Of a stretch of DNA of 64,000 nt, positions 50,979-60,426 are shown piece by piece. Every line of letters starts with the position of its first letter. Position 1 is the stretch's first letter. A model generated the notes under the pieces. That model was not told where the DNA came from. It made no database searches and saw only the letters and a list, made by a program, of their open reading frames with translations. The DNA is from a virus (taxonomy: Duplodnaviria; Heunggongvirae; Uroviricota; Caudoviricetes), in the IMG/VR virus record IMGVR_UViG_3300021400_002728, positions 261,154 to 325,153 of that record, one strand, 5' to 3'. A program made the translations under genes and the position numbers.

Positions 50979-51632
50979 TTATAGAATACCTACATACAAT
51001 GCAGGTTGTTTCTTAAAATATGACCAGAATTTTGTTCCATAATCATAATGCCACCATTCAGAAGGAAGATTAGTGAATCCAACTGATGTCATTGCTTCAT
51101 ATAGAATTCGTCTATTATTTGTTATTCTGTTGTTTGCAGATTCAAAATGACTTGTCCAAGCTTTATTAGTAAAATCATCGAACTTTGTACCCATATCTAC
51201 TTCCATATTTTTGTATACAAGAGTTAGATCAACTGAACCACCAGTATTGTGAATAGATGGTTTATTTATATCATAAGATGGTTTACTAACAAATATACTT
51301 GTTATATCATCAAGATCTTTATCAGATATGTTAGGATCTGACATTTTTATCTGATTTCTATACTTATCCCATAAATATTGTTGAACAGCTATAGGACGAT
51401 ATGCATCGTAGATCTTAAATCTATAACCTTCAGGAAGCTTAGACTCTGCTTCTTTTAACAGTTCCACTACTGATTTTCTAGCTAAACAATCCTGTAGTGA
51501 ACCTGGTATGTTTTGTAGATAGTATTGAGATTCACATATAAATCCATTTTCTGATAATGAAACTAAAGGCTCATCTAGAGGATCTATCTCAAAGGTATCT
51601 ACTACAGGAAAATCAATAGTAGGAATATTCAT
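50979..51632 (-). CDS. D-Ala-D-Ala dipeptidase (VanX/DdpX, M15)
   Basis: YDAYRP, SIHNTGGSVDLTL, DMGTKFD, EWWHYDYG. Confidence 0.88.
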   Translation of the reverse strand: MNIPTIDFPVVDTFEIDPLDEPLVSLSENGFICESQYYLQNIPGSLQDCLARKSVVELLKEAESKLPEGYRFKIYDAYRPIAVQQYLWDKYRNQIKMSDPNISDKDLDDITSIFVSKPSYDINKPSIHNTGGSVDLTLVYKNMEVDMGTKFDDFTNKAWTSHFESANNRITNNRRILYEAMTSVGFTNLPSEWWHYDYGTKFWSYFKKQPALYVGIL

Positions 51633-51647
51633 TTGTAAGTTACCTCA

Positions 51648-53578
51648 TTAGTCCTCTATATTCAATAATCTAGGATTATAGATGTAGAATCGATTATCAT
51701 CGTCAGTAGGTACAAAATATGCAGTCATCTTAACATATTTTCCTTCTGCAAAAGCAAGTTCTTTAGCAAAGTTAGAATCATATTCTGTCATATCAGCATT
51801 CAATGAAGCATCATAGATATAAACATTTGATCCATCTCTAAATGTAAATGCATCATGATTCTTTCCTTTATAATAATCAGTATTTGCTACAGATTTAAGT
51901 TGTAATGTCTTTGTTTCTCTTTCACATTCAACTTGATTACCGTTAGCTGTTCTAAAAGTCTTCATACTTGATTCTCCTTAATGAGTTCCAAGCATAACAT
52001 CCCATGCTTGATACCAATATTTACTTTCTGAATCTTCATTTGACCAGAATTCTGTTTCCATTACTTCTACTTCAGCTGGAAATTCTACATTATGATATTT
52101 AGCCTGCGCCATTACTGTTTGCTTCTGCATTACCTCATACCAAACTGCACCATCATCAAATACATATGTTTTGTGATAGTATTCTGCAGAAGATCCTTCA
52201 GTTTCACATTGGAACTCGTTATTATGTTTTCTAAAGAAAGTTCGCTTTATATCATTATATTCTTGTTCAGTTACAATATCCATAATCATTCTCCTTATGC
52301 AACTTCAATTTTATCCAAAGTAAACGGTTCTAATTCTGGATGAGTTTTGAGTAGGTCTCTAATGTTCTTATCAAGCTTTTCTTTTAATTCTTCAAGATCT
52401 ACATCTTTTTTACCTGAACACATCCACTGACTTTTATAATTATCCATTACTTCAACTTGTTCATTGAAAGCACTGACAAGAATAATTCCATATTCTCTAA
52501 GAATTTCATTGAACTCAAATTTAGTGTCCCACTTAACAAAACTATTATAGCCACCATTGAGTGTAAGAATAATATTAAACATGTAATACCTCCATAATGT
52601 TATTATATCACGTAATCATGGAAATGTAAACAAATTTTTAGCATGTAATCATGGAAATGTAAACAAATTTTTAGCATGTAATCAATCTTTTTGCACGAGC
52701 ATAGTCCTCATTGTCTAAACCATTCCACAATACTTCAAATGCATCACCTTGCTCATATTTATCATCAAAATTGAGATGCTTCTCATCATTTACGTCTGCA
52801 TAGATTCTATATCGAGTAGATTCACTGAATTTATTTTCAGCTTCTTCTAAGTAGATTGTCATTACTCTACTTAGATCTTCTTTTAATTTAATTATGCATA
52901 CTCTCTCACGATTATATTCATTGAAGTGTACAAAACTATCTGCATCTTCACAATTTCTAAATTCAATAACAAATAGATTTTTATATTCATCTAATCTTTC
53001 TATAAGTATAAGAAAGTCTTCAGCATCAAGTATATAATCTACATCTACATAGTCGTGATCTTTACGTGATTTGTGGTGGTTTGAATTATGCAACGCATTA
53101 TATGTTGTTGATACCATAATTTAACACCTCCATAATGTTATTATTATGCTAATACATCATAGTCGTATTTAGTATAAATTATTTCAGGGTGTTCATCAAT
53201 AATCATAAGTGTTTTAATATCAAGTGCATGCTTTACATCTTTAAAATATCCTTTGAACTCAACTATATAAGCAAGTAATGAAGTTACATAAATTCTTGGC
53301 CATTCTCTTGCAACAAGTTCTTTTATATACTCACCATCTTTATCAATTTCTACTTTTTGAAGATCAATTTTTTCTTTACCAGTCTCAATAAGTATTTTAG
53401 AAAATGCACCATAAGACATAACAATATCAATAAGCATTTCATCATCTATTTGGTTCTTTTCATTTAACTCATATAATGTCATATCATAACCCTCCATATA
53501 AAACAAAATGCTAACCTCAATTAAGAGATTAGCATTTTTCACATTCTTACTTATTATTATAATTAAATAGCACTTCAA
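51648..53578 (-). CDS. five small hypothetical proteins
   Basis: Contiguous ORFs with GGAG(G) RBSs. Confidence 0.5.
52602..52630 (-). promoter_or_regulatory. sigma70-type promoter
   Basis: TTTACA-17-TATAAT. Confidence 0.75.
52612..52683. repeat. 33-bp perfect tandem duplication
   Basis: gtaatcatggaaatgtaaacaaatttttagcat x2 plus gtaatc. Confidence 0.9.
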
Positions 53579-53581
53579 TGT

Positions 53582-56101
53582 TTATAGTTCATCAATCTTT
53601 TTTGTAAAAAAGGATGATGATTCAACTTTGATCTTTATAGTCTTTCCATTTACCTTAGCTGTAAGTGTAGCCTTACCTGCATTATCAGTAACTACAATCT
53701 CCTGATTAGAATTTACATATGCTACAGAAGGATTATTACTCTTAAAGATAATTGGTCTAGACATTTCAATTGAAGCAAACTCCAGTGGAATTATATTATT
53801 AGTAGCAGATACAACCTTATATGTCTTCTTAGATAATGTCACACCTTCATTTACAATTGACGGATCTTCTACAAATACTTTTATGTTGTATTCATTTCCA
53901 TCCTTATTTGTAGTAAGTGTGACGGTACCAGTCTTAAGAGCTTTAATCTTATTACCTTTTACTGATACTATTGTATTATCTGAAGACATCCAATTTTTAA
54001 GACCTTTGATCTTAATTGTCTTAGAGCTATTTACATTGATATGTAAGAGTCTATTTGCTGATATAGTAGGTTCTTTTACCTTAACCACACAATTAAATCT
54101 AGATCCATTTACACATGCAGAAATAGTCGAAGTACCTTTATTTAAGGCAGTTATTGTACCATCTTTATCAACAAGTACTGCATCTGGATTACTGCTATAC
54201 CAGAATGTGTTATACTTGTCAGATAAACCAGTTGATAAGTCTACTACTTTACCTGCATCCAGAGTCATCTTTTTAGTGAGTTTAGACTCTTCAATATGTA
54301 CTGCTATCTTCTGTGTACCATTTGTAATCAATACTTCTTTATCTCCTGTTGCCTTTTTAGCAGTAGCGATATTCTTTTTACTGATCTTAAAGTACTCAGA
54401 ATCTGTACTATTGACTAATGTAAATGCACCTATATCAAATTTCTGACCTTTTACTAAATAAATGTCAGTAGTAAATGATGTTATAGATGGAGCAGGATTA
54501 AAAGGATCTTCAATTGATGCAGGTGGCATCGGTGGTCCAATAATTAACTCACCAGTAATGGTTGCAACCTGTGTACACTGTAAGCCTTCTGTACATTCCC
54601 ATACAATAGCATACTTTCCAGGACCATCTACAAATGTATCAATTCCAGGACCTGAAATAGGATAAGCTTCTCCTGAACCATTATAACTAACATTAGCTTT
54701 AGCTCTATCCCACATCTGTTTAATTGTACCATCTTTTGTAAGATCCCAACTTATATCATTTGCAGATAAAGTTACAGTTCTAGATGGTCTCTTGTATGTT
54801 ATAGTAGCAGTTAAAGTGTGCGTCTCATATAATAACGAAGCCTCATAAGTTTTAGATGATGATGTAGAATCAATTAACTTAATTGTTTTTGTAGTAATAG
54901 TCTTCGTCGATACATCAGACCCGCGCTCTATCCTGATTGTCATTTCACAAGATGTAGGCATCTGATTGAAACTTCCATTCCATTTAGCAGATTGTACTTT
55001 ATATACAGCTTCTGGTGCACGGAACTCTTTATGAGCTGAAAGTATCTGTTCATTAAAGAATAGGAATGCTTCATACTGTACATATGTACCATCTTGATTC
55101 TTAGCAGACATTGATATGTTTGTAGTTTCTTTTACTATCTTTTCTGCATTCGGATTAGCTTCATCCTGTAATGTAAATTCAGCTTTAGAAGGAGCTTCTG
55201 TAAGACTTCCACCTGTCCAAACTACGTCTATTACTTTATAGACTGTTTTAACTATAGGTGGATCAATTGTTTTATCGTATACACGAACATCAGCGTACTC
55301 ATTACCATTAAAGGTTACTTTAGCTGTGAAAGTTGCAGATTCAGTTGTCTCTTCGGTAAGAATAGCATTACCAGTGACGATCGCTTTGTTATTCTGATAT
55401 ATTGTACCGTCATAAGTAGGTAAACTTAATAACGAAATCATATATCCAATTATCTTATCTCGACATTTTCCAGTATCAATATTAGACAAGTTTTTAACAC
55501 TATTCAGTGCATCCATTATATCTTTAGAAGCAAAACCTGATTTGTTCTTAAAATATGTTTCAACTTCTGCTAACCAAGCATGTGCTTCTTCTGAGGAACC
55601 ATCTGTAAACCCTTGACCATTATTGATAAGTTTTACAACAGTAGCTTCATCTATATGATTAGACTTCTCAATGTTGTAATTATAGTTGGCCCTTGCAGAG
55701 TCTTTACTTATACGATTAAGTATATCTATAATCGACTCTTTATAACCATTTGTTGCAATACTTTCTGAGTTTCTTGCAGATTTGATTAGATTATCTAAAT
55801 CTGTATACTCAGCAGGATGAACTATCTCATTGTAGTAGTAGACATCTTCTAACCACTGCCATGCATGGAAACATGAATCATTTACGGACTTACATCTACC
55901 GGCCAATGTTGCAACTGGTTCGGTATATGTAAATACAAAATCGACATTCATGTTCTCTGAAGGCTTTTTAGGCCAAGCAGCTTCTTCTAACTTCCACTTA
56001 TCATAAGCGACTATACCGTCTGCTTGAGCTGTGATTGGAACGCCTGTGAAAATCATAATAGCACTAAGTAAGAATGTAATTATACGATTTTTGAGCTTCA
56101 T
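53582..56101 (-). CDS. secreted/surface protein with C-terminal Ig-like (Big_2) repeats
   Basis: Signal peptide (AQA); WYSSNPDAVLVDKDG, WMSSDNTIVSV, FKSNNPSVAYV repeats. Confidence 0.78.
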   Translation of the reverse strand: MKLKNRIITFLLSAIMIFTGVPITAQADGIVAYDKWKLEEAAWPKKPSENMNVDFVFTYTEPVATLAGRCKSVNDSCFHAWQWLEDVYYYNEIVHPAEYTDLDNLIKSARNSESIATNGYKESIIDILNRISKDSARANYNYNIEKSNHIDEATVVKLINNGQGFTDGSSEEAHAWLAEVETYFKNKSGFASKDIMDALNSVKNLSNIDTGKCRDKIIGYMISLLSLPTYDGTIYQNNKAIVTGNAILTEETTESATFTAKVTFNGNEYADVRVYDKTIDPPIVKTVYKVIDVVWTGGSLTEAPSKAEFTLQDEANPNAEKIVKETTNISMSAKNQDGTYVQYEAFLFFNEQILSAHKEFRAPEAVYKVQSAKWNGSFNQMPTSCEMTIRIERGSDVSTKTITTKTIKLIDSTSSSKTYEASLLYETHTLTATITYKRPSRTVTLSANDISWDLTKDGTIKQMWDRAKANVSYNGSGEAYPISGPGIDTFVDGPGKYAIVWECTEGLQCTQVATITGELIIGPPMPPASIEDPFNPAPSITSFTTDIYLVKGQKFDIGAFTLVNSTDSEYFKISKKNIATAKKATGDKEVLITNGTQKIAVHIEESKLTKKMTLDAGKVVDLSTGLSDKYNTFWYSSNPDAVLVDKDGTITALNKGTSTISACVNGSRFNCVVKVKEPTISANRLLHINVNSSKTIKIKGLKNWMSSDNTIVSVKGNKIKALKTGTVTLTTNKDGNEYNIKVFVEDPSIVNEGVTLSKKTYKVVSATNNIIPLEFASIEMSRPIIFKSNNPSVAYVNSNQEIVVTDNAGKATLTAKVNGKTIKIKVESSSFFTKKIDEL

Positions 56102-56244
56102 TTTGTAATTCTCCTTTTAATATTTAATTGTTCGATATGATAGTATTTCAACTATATTTGTAAACTTCTTCTCACATTAGCCTCACCTCCTATAAAATAA
56201 ATGCTTAGCCTATCTCTAGACTAAGCATTACTTCAATCTTATAC

Positions 56245-56484
56245 CTAACCCATAAAATGCATAATTAACACAGTTATATCAAATGCTAATATAAACATAA
56301 ATGGGATAACTCCACCAAAGAAAAATTCTTTGACATCACTTTGTGCTACAACAAGTGTTCCAGCTTTATACTGAGCAATTTCTTCTTTACTGAAGTCATC
56401 ATCTACTATTGTATAAAGCTTTTCTATTTTCTTCCAAAATGTGTTATTCATCATCTTATCCTCATTCATCTTGTAATTCAACAT
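56245..56484 (-). CDS. small membrane protein
   Basis: C-terminal TM helix; followed by a terminator-like hairpin. Confidence 0.5.
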   Translation of the reverse strand: MLNYKMNEDKMMNNTFWKKIEKLYTIVDDDFSKEEIAQYKAGTLVVAQSDVKEFFFGGVIPFMFILAFDITVLIMHFMG

Positions 56485-56490
56485 TTTGTT

Positions 56491-57525
56491 CTACATAATT
56501 TCTTTTAGATAGCTAATATAGAACTCTATTTCTTGTCTAGACCATAATACTACATAATTAAGATTATTCTTCTTTGCAGTATCTCTCTTTTTTAGATCAC
56601 TTTTTGTCCAAACATTAATAGCATTAGCATATTGTTTGTGTCCATTTTTTGCCTTATCTTTCCATATAGCTAAAGTATCTAGATCTGCTTGATTATTTTT
56701 ATCAAAGAAGTGGTTATTATGTGACCAATATATGTTAAGTTCTACATAAATATCATAATCAATTAAATAAAAATCACAATAAAATGGATATTTTGCTGAA
56801 CTATATTGTGTCTTAAATCTTATACCAAGATTAGTTAATTCTTTCTCAAAATAATCTTCATCACTAGAATAATTACCATTCTGTCTCATAGTAGCATTAG
56901 CCTTTATTCTTGCATCTCTGCTATTACCTGGATTAGTTGTTCCATATTTTTTAATAGATGTAGATATAATCTTGTCTTTTACTGATGGAAGTTGATAAAC
57001 ATTAGTATATTGTTCACCATATTTGCGTTTGATTGTACTAACTATACTCTCTTTATGAGAAGCTGATTTATTATAGCAAGTCATACAACCAATTCCAATT
57101 AAATGTTTTGTAGTTTGTTGACAAACTTCACACCATTTTACTGTATCTTGTTCATGAGCTTTTTTCATATTTACTGAACCTGTTTTTAATCCTACTTTAC
57201 TAGAAGCTATTCTAGCTTTTTCAGACTTATTTCGTTCAATAATATGTTGTCTAGCTTGTTCTATATTTTTAGGATTACTTCTAAAAGTTTGACTCTGTTT
57301 TTCTATTTTGTCAGAATCTTTATTAGAACATTTACTACTACAATATGTATAAAAACCATTTGCAAGATTTATAAATTTAGTATCATTTCCGCAAACTTTA
57401 CATGTATGGTTACTGTCAATATACTGTATATAGTACAAATCAGATGACATTTTATGTGTTTGTCTAATATGTGAACTTAAAGCTTTATAGCCTATAAAGT
57501 CTTTTTCACAAATTTTACACTTCAT
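56491..57525 (-). CDS. free-standing homing endonuclease (Zn-finger + Vsr-like)
   Basis: Cys/His module; YPFYCDFYL..YVELNIYWSH; start overlaps the end of the FtsK-2 N-half. Confidence 0.8.
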   Translation of the reverse strand: MKCKICEKDFIGYKALSSHIRQTHKMSSDLYYIQYIDSNHTCKVCGNDTKFINLANGFYTYCSSKCSNKDSDKIEKQSQTFRSNPKNIEQARQHIIERNKSEKARIASSKVGLKTGSVNMKKAHEQDTVKWCEVCQQTTKHLIGIGCMTCYNKSASHKESIVSTIKRKYGEQYTNVYQLPSVKDKIISTSIKKYGTTNPGNSRDARIKANATMRQNGNYSSDEDYFEKELTNLGIRFKTQYSSAKYPFYCDFYLIDYDIYVELNIYWSHNNHFFDKNNQADLDTLAIWKDKAKNGHKQYANAINVWTKSDLKKRDTAKKNNLNYVVLWSRQEIEFYISYLKEIM

Positions 57526-58807
57526 CTGATTGTACCTCCACAGACTGATCTATATAGATCGCTTTTCCACCACCAGTTTGATAAATATATGCTGCATCAA
57601 ACGGATATGATTCTCCTCCATTCCACTTATTATTCTTAGTATCTGTAAATAAGAATAAATGATTATCAGAGTTAATCATAAAACAACGTACAGATTTATT
57701 CTTAACTACTTTTACATCTGAAATTAAATAATCTGTAAGATTTCCAGGAATAATGTCACCAGATTTAACCTCTGATGCAGTTACTGGACATATTTTATCT
57801 TTTCGTAAAATTGCTAATTTATGCACATCATCTGCATATAAAACTATACTATCATCACTATACTGACTCATTGCCTCTAATGTAAACTTATACAGTTTAT
57901 TAGATTCATGAATTTCGTATACTGCAAGTACTTTGACTGGTTTATTTCCATATCCAAATACTTCATCACCGACTTCAATCGTCTTTATAGTTTTATATCC
58001 TTTAGTAGTAGGTACTATTGTATTTAACCCTAAAGGAGAACCTACACATAACGCCTGAGGTGCAGATGGTGTATCAACAGTTTTAGCAATTTTGCCATCT
58101 TCATATATGTAGTTAGATCTACCTTCATTCTTGATCGAGTTCAAATTCCAGGAAACTTCTCCAAGTCCTGAAAGACCAATAGGAATAAATTCAGGTGGTC
58201 TTAACCAACTACCTTTATATTTTGCAATATGAGGTGGAAGAGGTGTACCAACAAAGGCACATTCTCTTGCAGCAAAGTCAAATTCATTAACCCACTCATA
58301 GTTAGGTAGGTACTTATTCAATGACAAACACAAGTTAACTGCAACTTGTTCCTTAAACGTATTAGGATTGATCTTAATCGTGATCTTGTTAATTTTAGTA
58401 CCTTCATAACCTAGTTGGAAAGGTGGATTGTTAATGTCTTTTAATTCAAATTCGCCAGTTTCTTTATTTTTAACCTTCGAATCGTTAGAAATAACTGGCT
58501 CAAGAACTCCAAATACTGCTAGCAATTCTTCTCTTTGTTTGGCGACTATAACTTTTTTAATAGTAGCAAGAATTACCATCGTAATCAAAATACCAAATGC
58601 ATAAAGGCCTAATAATACCCAAAATATTTTATGACCTTTAAGTGGTAAAACTTGGAATAGTACACCTAAACCAAAAATTCCTACAAGTATAAGGGCATCT
58701 CTTTTTGAATATTGATAACCAACACTATTGCCGTCGCTGATGTTCAGTATTTTATTAGTCGCAAACTGAGCAATAGCAACGACTAAGAAAAATACAAATA
58801 TAAACAT
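57515..58807 (-). CDS. FtsK/SpoIIIE-like protein 2, N-terminal half: TM region, cis mini-intein and terminal IntN-2
   Basis: 3 TM; FIPIGL..VSW; PQALCVGS[intein]TGGGK = Walker A, then AIYIDQSVEVQSDEV-stop. Confidence 0.78.
   Translation of the reverse strand: MFIFVFFLVVAIAQFATNKILNISDGNSVGYQYSKRDALILVGIFGLGVLFQVLPLKGHKIFWVLLGLYAFGILITMVILATIKKVIVAKQREELLAVFGVLEPVISNDSKVKNKETGEFELKDINNPPFQLGYEGTKINKITIKINPNTFKEQVAVNLCLSLNKYLPNYEWVNEFDFAARECAFVGTPLPPHIAKYKGSWLRPPEFIPIGLSGLGEVSWNLNSIKNEGRSNYIYEDGKIAKTVDTPSAPQALCVGSPLGLNTIVPTTKGYKTIKTIEVGDEVFGYGNKPVKVLAVYEIHESNKLYKFTLEAMSQYSDDSIVLYADDVHKLAILRKDKICPVTASEVKSGDIIPGNLTDYLISDVKVVKNKSVRCFMINSDNHLFLFTDTKNNKWNGGESYPFDAAYIYQTGGGKAIYIDQSVEVQSDEV
57518..57562 (-). 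other. putative split intein N-fragment IntN-2 (15 aa, Ala start)
   Basis: AIYIDQSVEV directly after Walker A GK; fits the block A pattern of Ala-start inteins. Confidence 0.6.
57578..58036 (-). other. 153-aa mini-intein, Pro1 / block-F Cys / C-terminal Gln
   Basis: PLGLNTIVPTTKGYKTIKTIEVGDEV..., ADDVH, VRCFMINSDNHLFL, ...YIYQ|T; removal restores GSTGGGK. Confidence 0.8.
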
Positions 58808-58885
58808 GCTTTCCTCCTTATACTAGTATTTGAAGTGTAGTATATAAAGTTTTATGAATATTCTATTTTTCATAAGCATTCACTT

Positions 58886-59395
58886 CTAGGATTCTTCTAC
58901 ATCTGCAGAAAGCAACTTTCCAGTCTTTACATCAATAATTCGCTGGTTAGACGATCCTCTAAAGGCGAGTGTAGTATCTTTAAGGTCTACTCTAAATTCA
59001 CCATCAACTACTACATCAACATACTTCATTACTTCTAAGTCTTTTGAGTCTCTATATAAATTTCCAGTATAAAGCCAGATCGTTTTATCTGGAAATCTTT
59101 CTTTGAACTCTTTGCATAATTCAGTTACCTCAGGTAGATTTTTCTTGTATAATGGATCTCCACCTGAAAGAGTTAATCCATCAATTTGATCAGTTATACA
59201 GTTAAAGAGATATTCTTTAACTTCTTTTGTAAATGATTGACCAGCATTAGGATTCCAAGATTCCTTGTTATGACACTCCTTGCAATGATGATGGCAGCCT
59301 GCAACAAACAGGACAGTTCTCCAACCTTCACCATCTGCTAAGCTGGTTCGGTAAATAGTCATATAATTCATAATTTGCCTCCATTGATAGGCCAC
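58886..59395 (-). CDS. nrdG: anaerobic ribonucleotide reductase activating enzyme
   Basis: DGEGWRTVLFVAGCHHHCKECHN, GLTLSGGDP, FRGSSNQR. Confidence 0.93.
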   Translation of the reverse strand: MAYQWRQIMNYMTIYRTSLADGEGWRTVLFVAGCHHHCKECHNKESWNPNAGQSFTKEVKEYLFNCITDQIDGLTLSGGDPLYKKNLPEVTELCKEFKERFPDKTIWLYTGNLYRDSKDLEVMKYVDVVVDGEFRVDLKDTTLAFRGSSNQRIIDVKTGKLLSADVEES

Positions 59396-59691
59396 CTTTT
59401 ACCTATCAATTTTTTGTTTAATTTTATATTGTTACTTTATTTATCTAATTATTTTGAAAATAAAATTAGACTTAATATAATTGATCCAGCAATAATATAA
59501 AATATATAAGTTTATAATAAAAGAATAAATAACAAATGCTAAAAACAGTTTAGATAATGTGTGTTTGAACTCTTTCACTACAGAATCTGTATTATCAATA
59601 TTTAATTTAGCTTGTCCTCTTAATATAAATCTTATCATATCATTTATCAATGCTGAAAATTCAATTCCATTTTATAATGATGCATTGATTC

Positions 59692-60302
59692 TTATGATAA
59701 AATTTCAAATACATTAAGTTTAGCTTCACCATATTCTGTCAGCTTATCTATAGCTTTTTGTGCAGACTCGACTGAAACAAATTTCTTTGCTTCATTTTCA
59801 TTAGAAGTATTTACAAAATGCTTGTTTTTATAATCAATATACTTTATAAATCCGCTCTCATGACTATAAGTATTTGTCCACTTAATCTTCATCTTTGTAA
59901 TTTCCTTTCTTTAGATTTTCTGTATTATCTAGCATTCTCATACATTTCAGAGATGCGAGACTCCAGCTCATCAGTGTTCTCATTTTCATTTACATCAAAT
60001 AACTCATCACTATTACCACCAAATTTTTCAGCAATGCACTTAGAGCACATATATCTAGTTGTAAATATATTGTGGTATGAGTTAGGGAAAAATTCAGGTG
60101 GGAAAATATTAGCGATTTCTCTTTCTCTTTGCATAATTTCCTCAAATTTGTCCTCAGTAATAAAAGTTACTTTATTCTCACCACAAGATGAGCATGTGAA
60201 TTCAAATCTTTTTAAGCGTACCATGATTATTATCCTCCTGTAGTCATTTATAATACCATTTGTAATAGTTTTCTTCTTAATATATAAATTATAAAACAAC
60301 AT
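59692..60302 (-). CDS. two small hypothetical proteins (one with CxxC pairs)
   Basis: ORFs 59692-59892 and 59925-60302. Confidence 0.45.
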
Positions 60303-60426
60303 AATTAAAGTTCCCAGAAGTCATCCTAGGAACTCCAAATGATATAAAATGAGTGCAATAGTTATTGCTTCCATTGCACTCATCCATACTTTAATTATAT
60401 AATTAAATAGCTCTTATTTAAGCTTT

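Noticed and set aside
52612-52683. CRISPR array
   Set aside because: Two abutting copies with no spacers; no cas genes or repeat-spacer arrays seen in the window.
57515-58807. Pairing the FtsK-2 N-half with the C-half at 7448
   Set aside because: It would give GSTGGGK+SGKS, a duplicated P-loop, whereas 35784-36575 gives an exact GGTG+SGKS.
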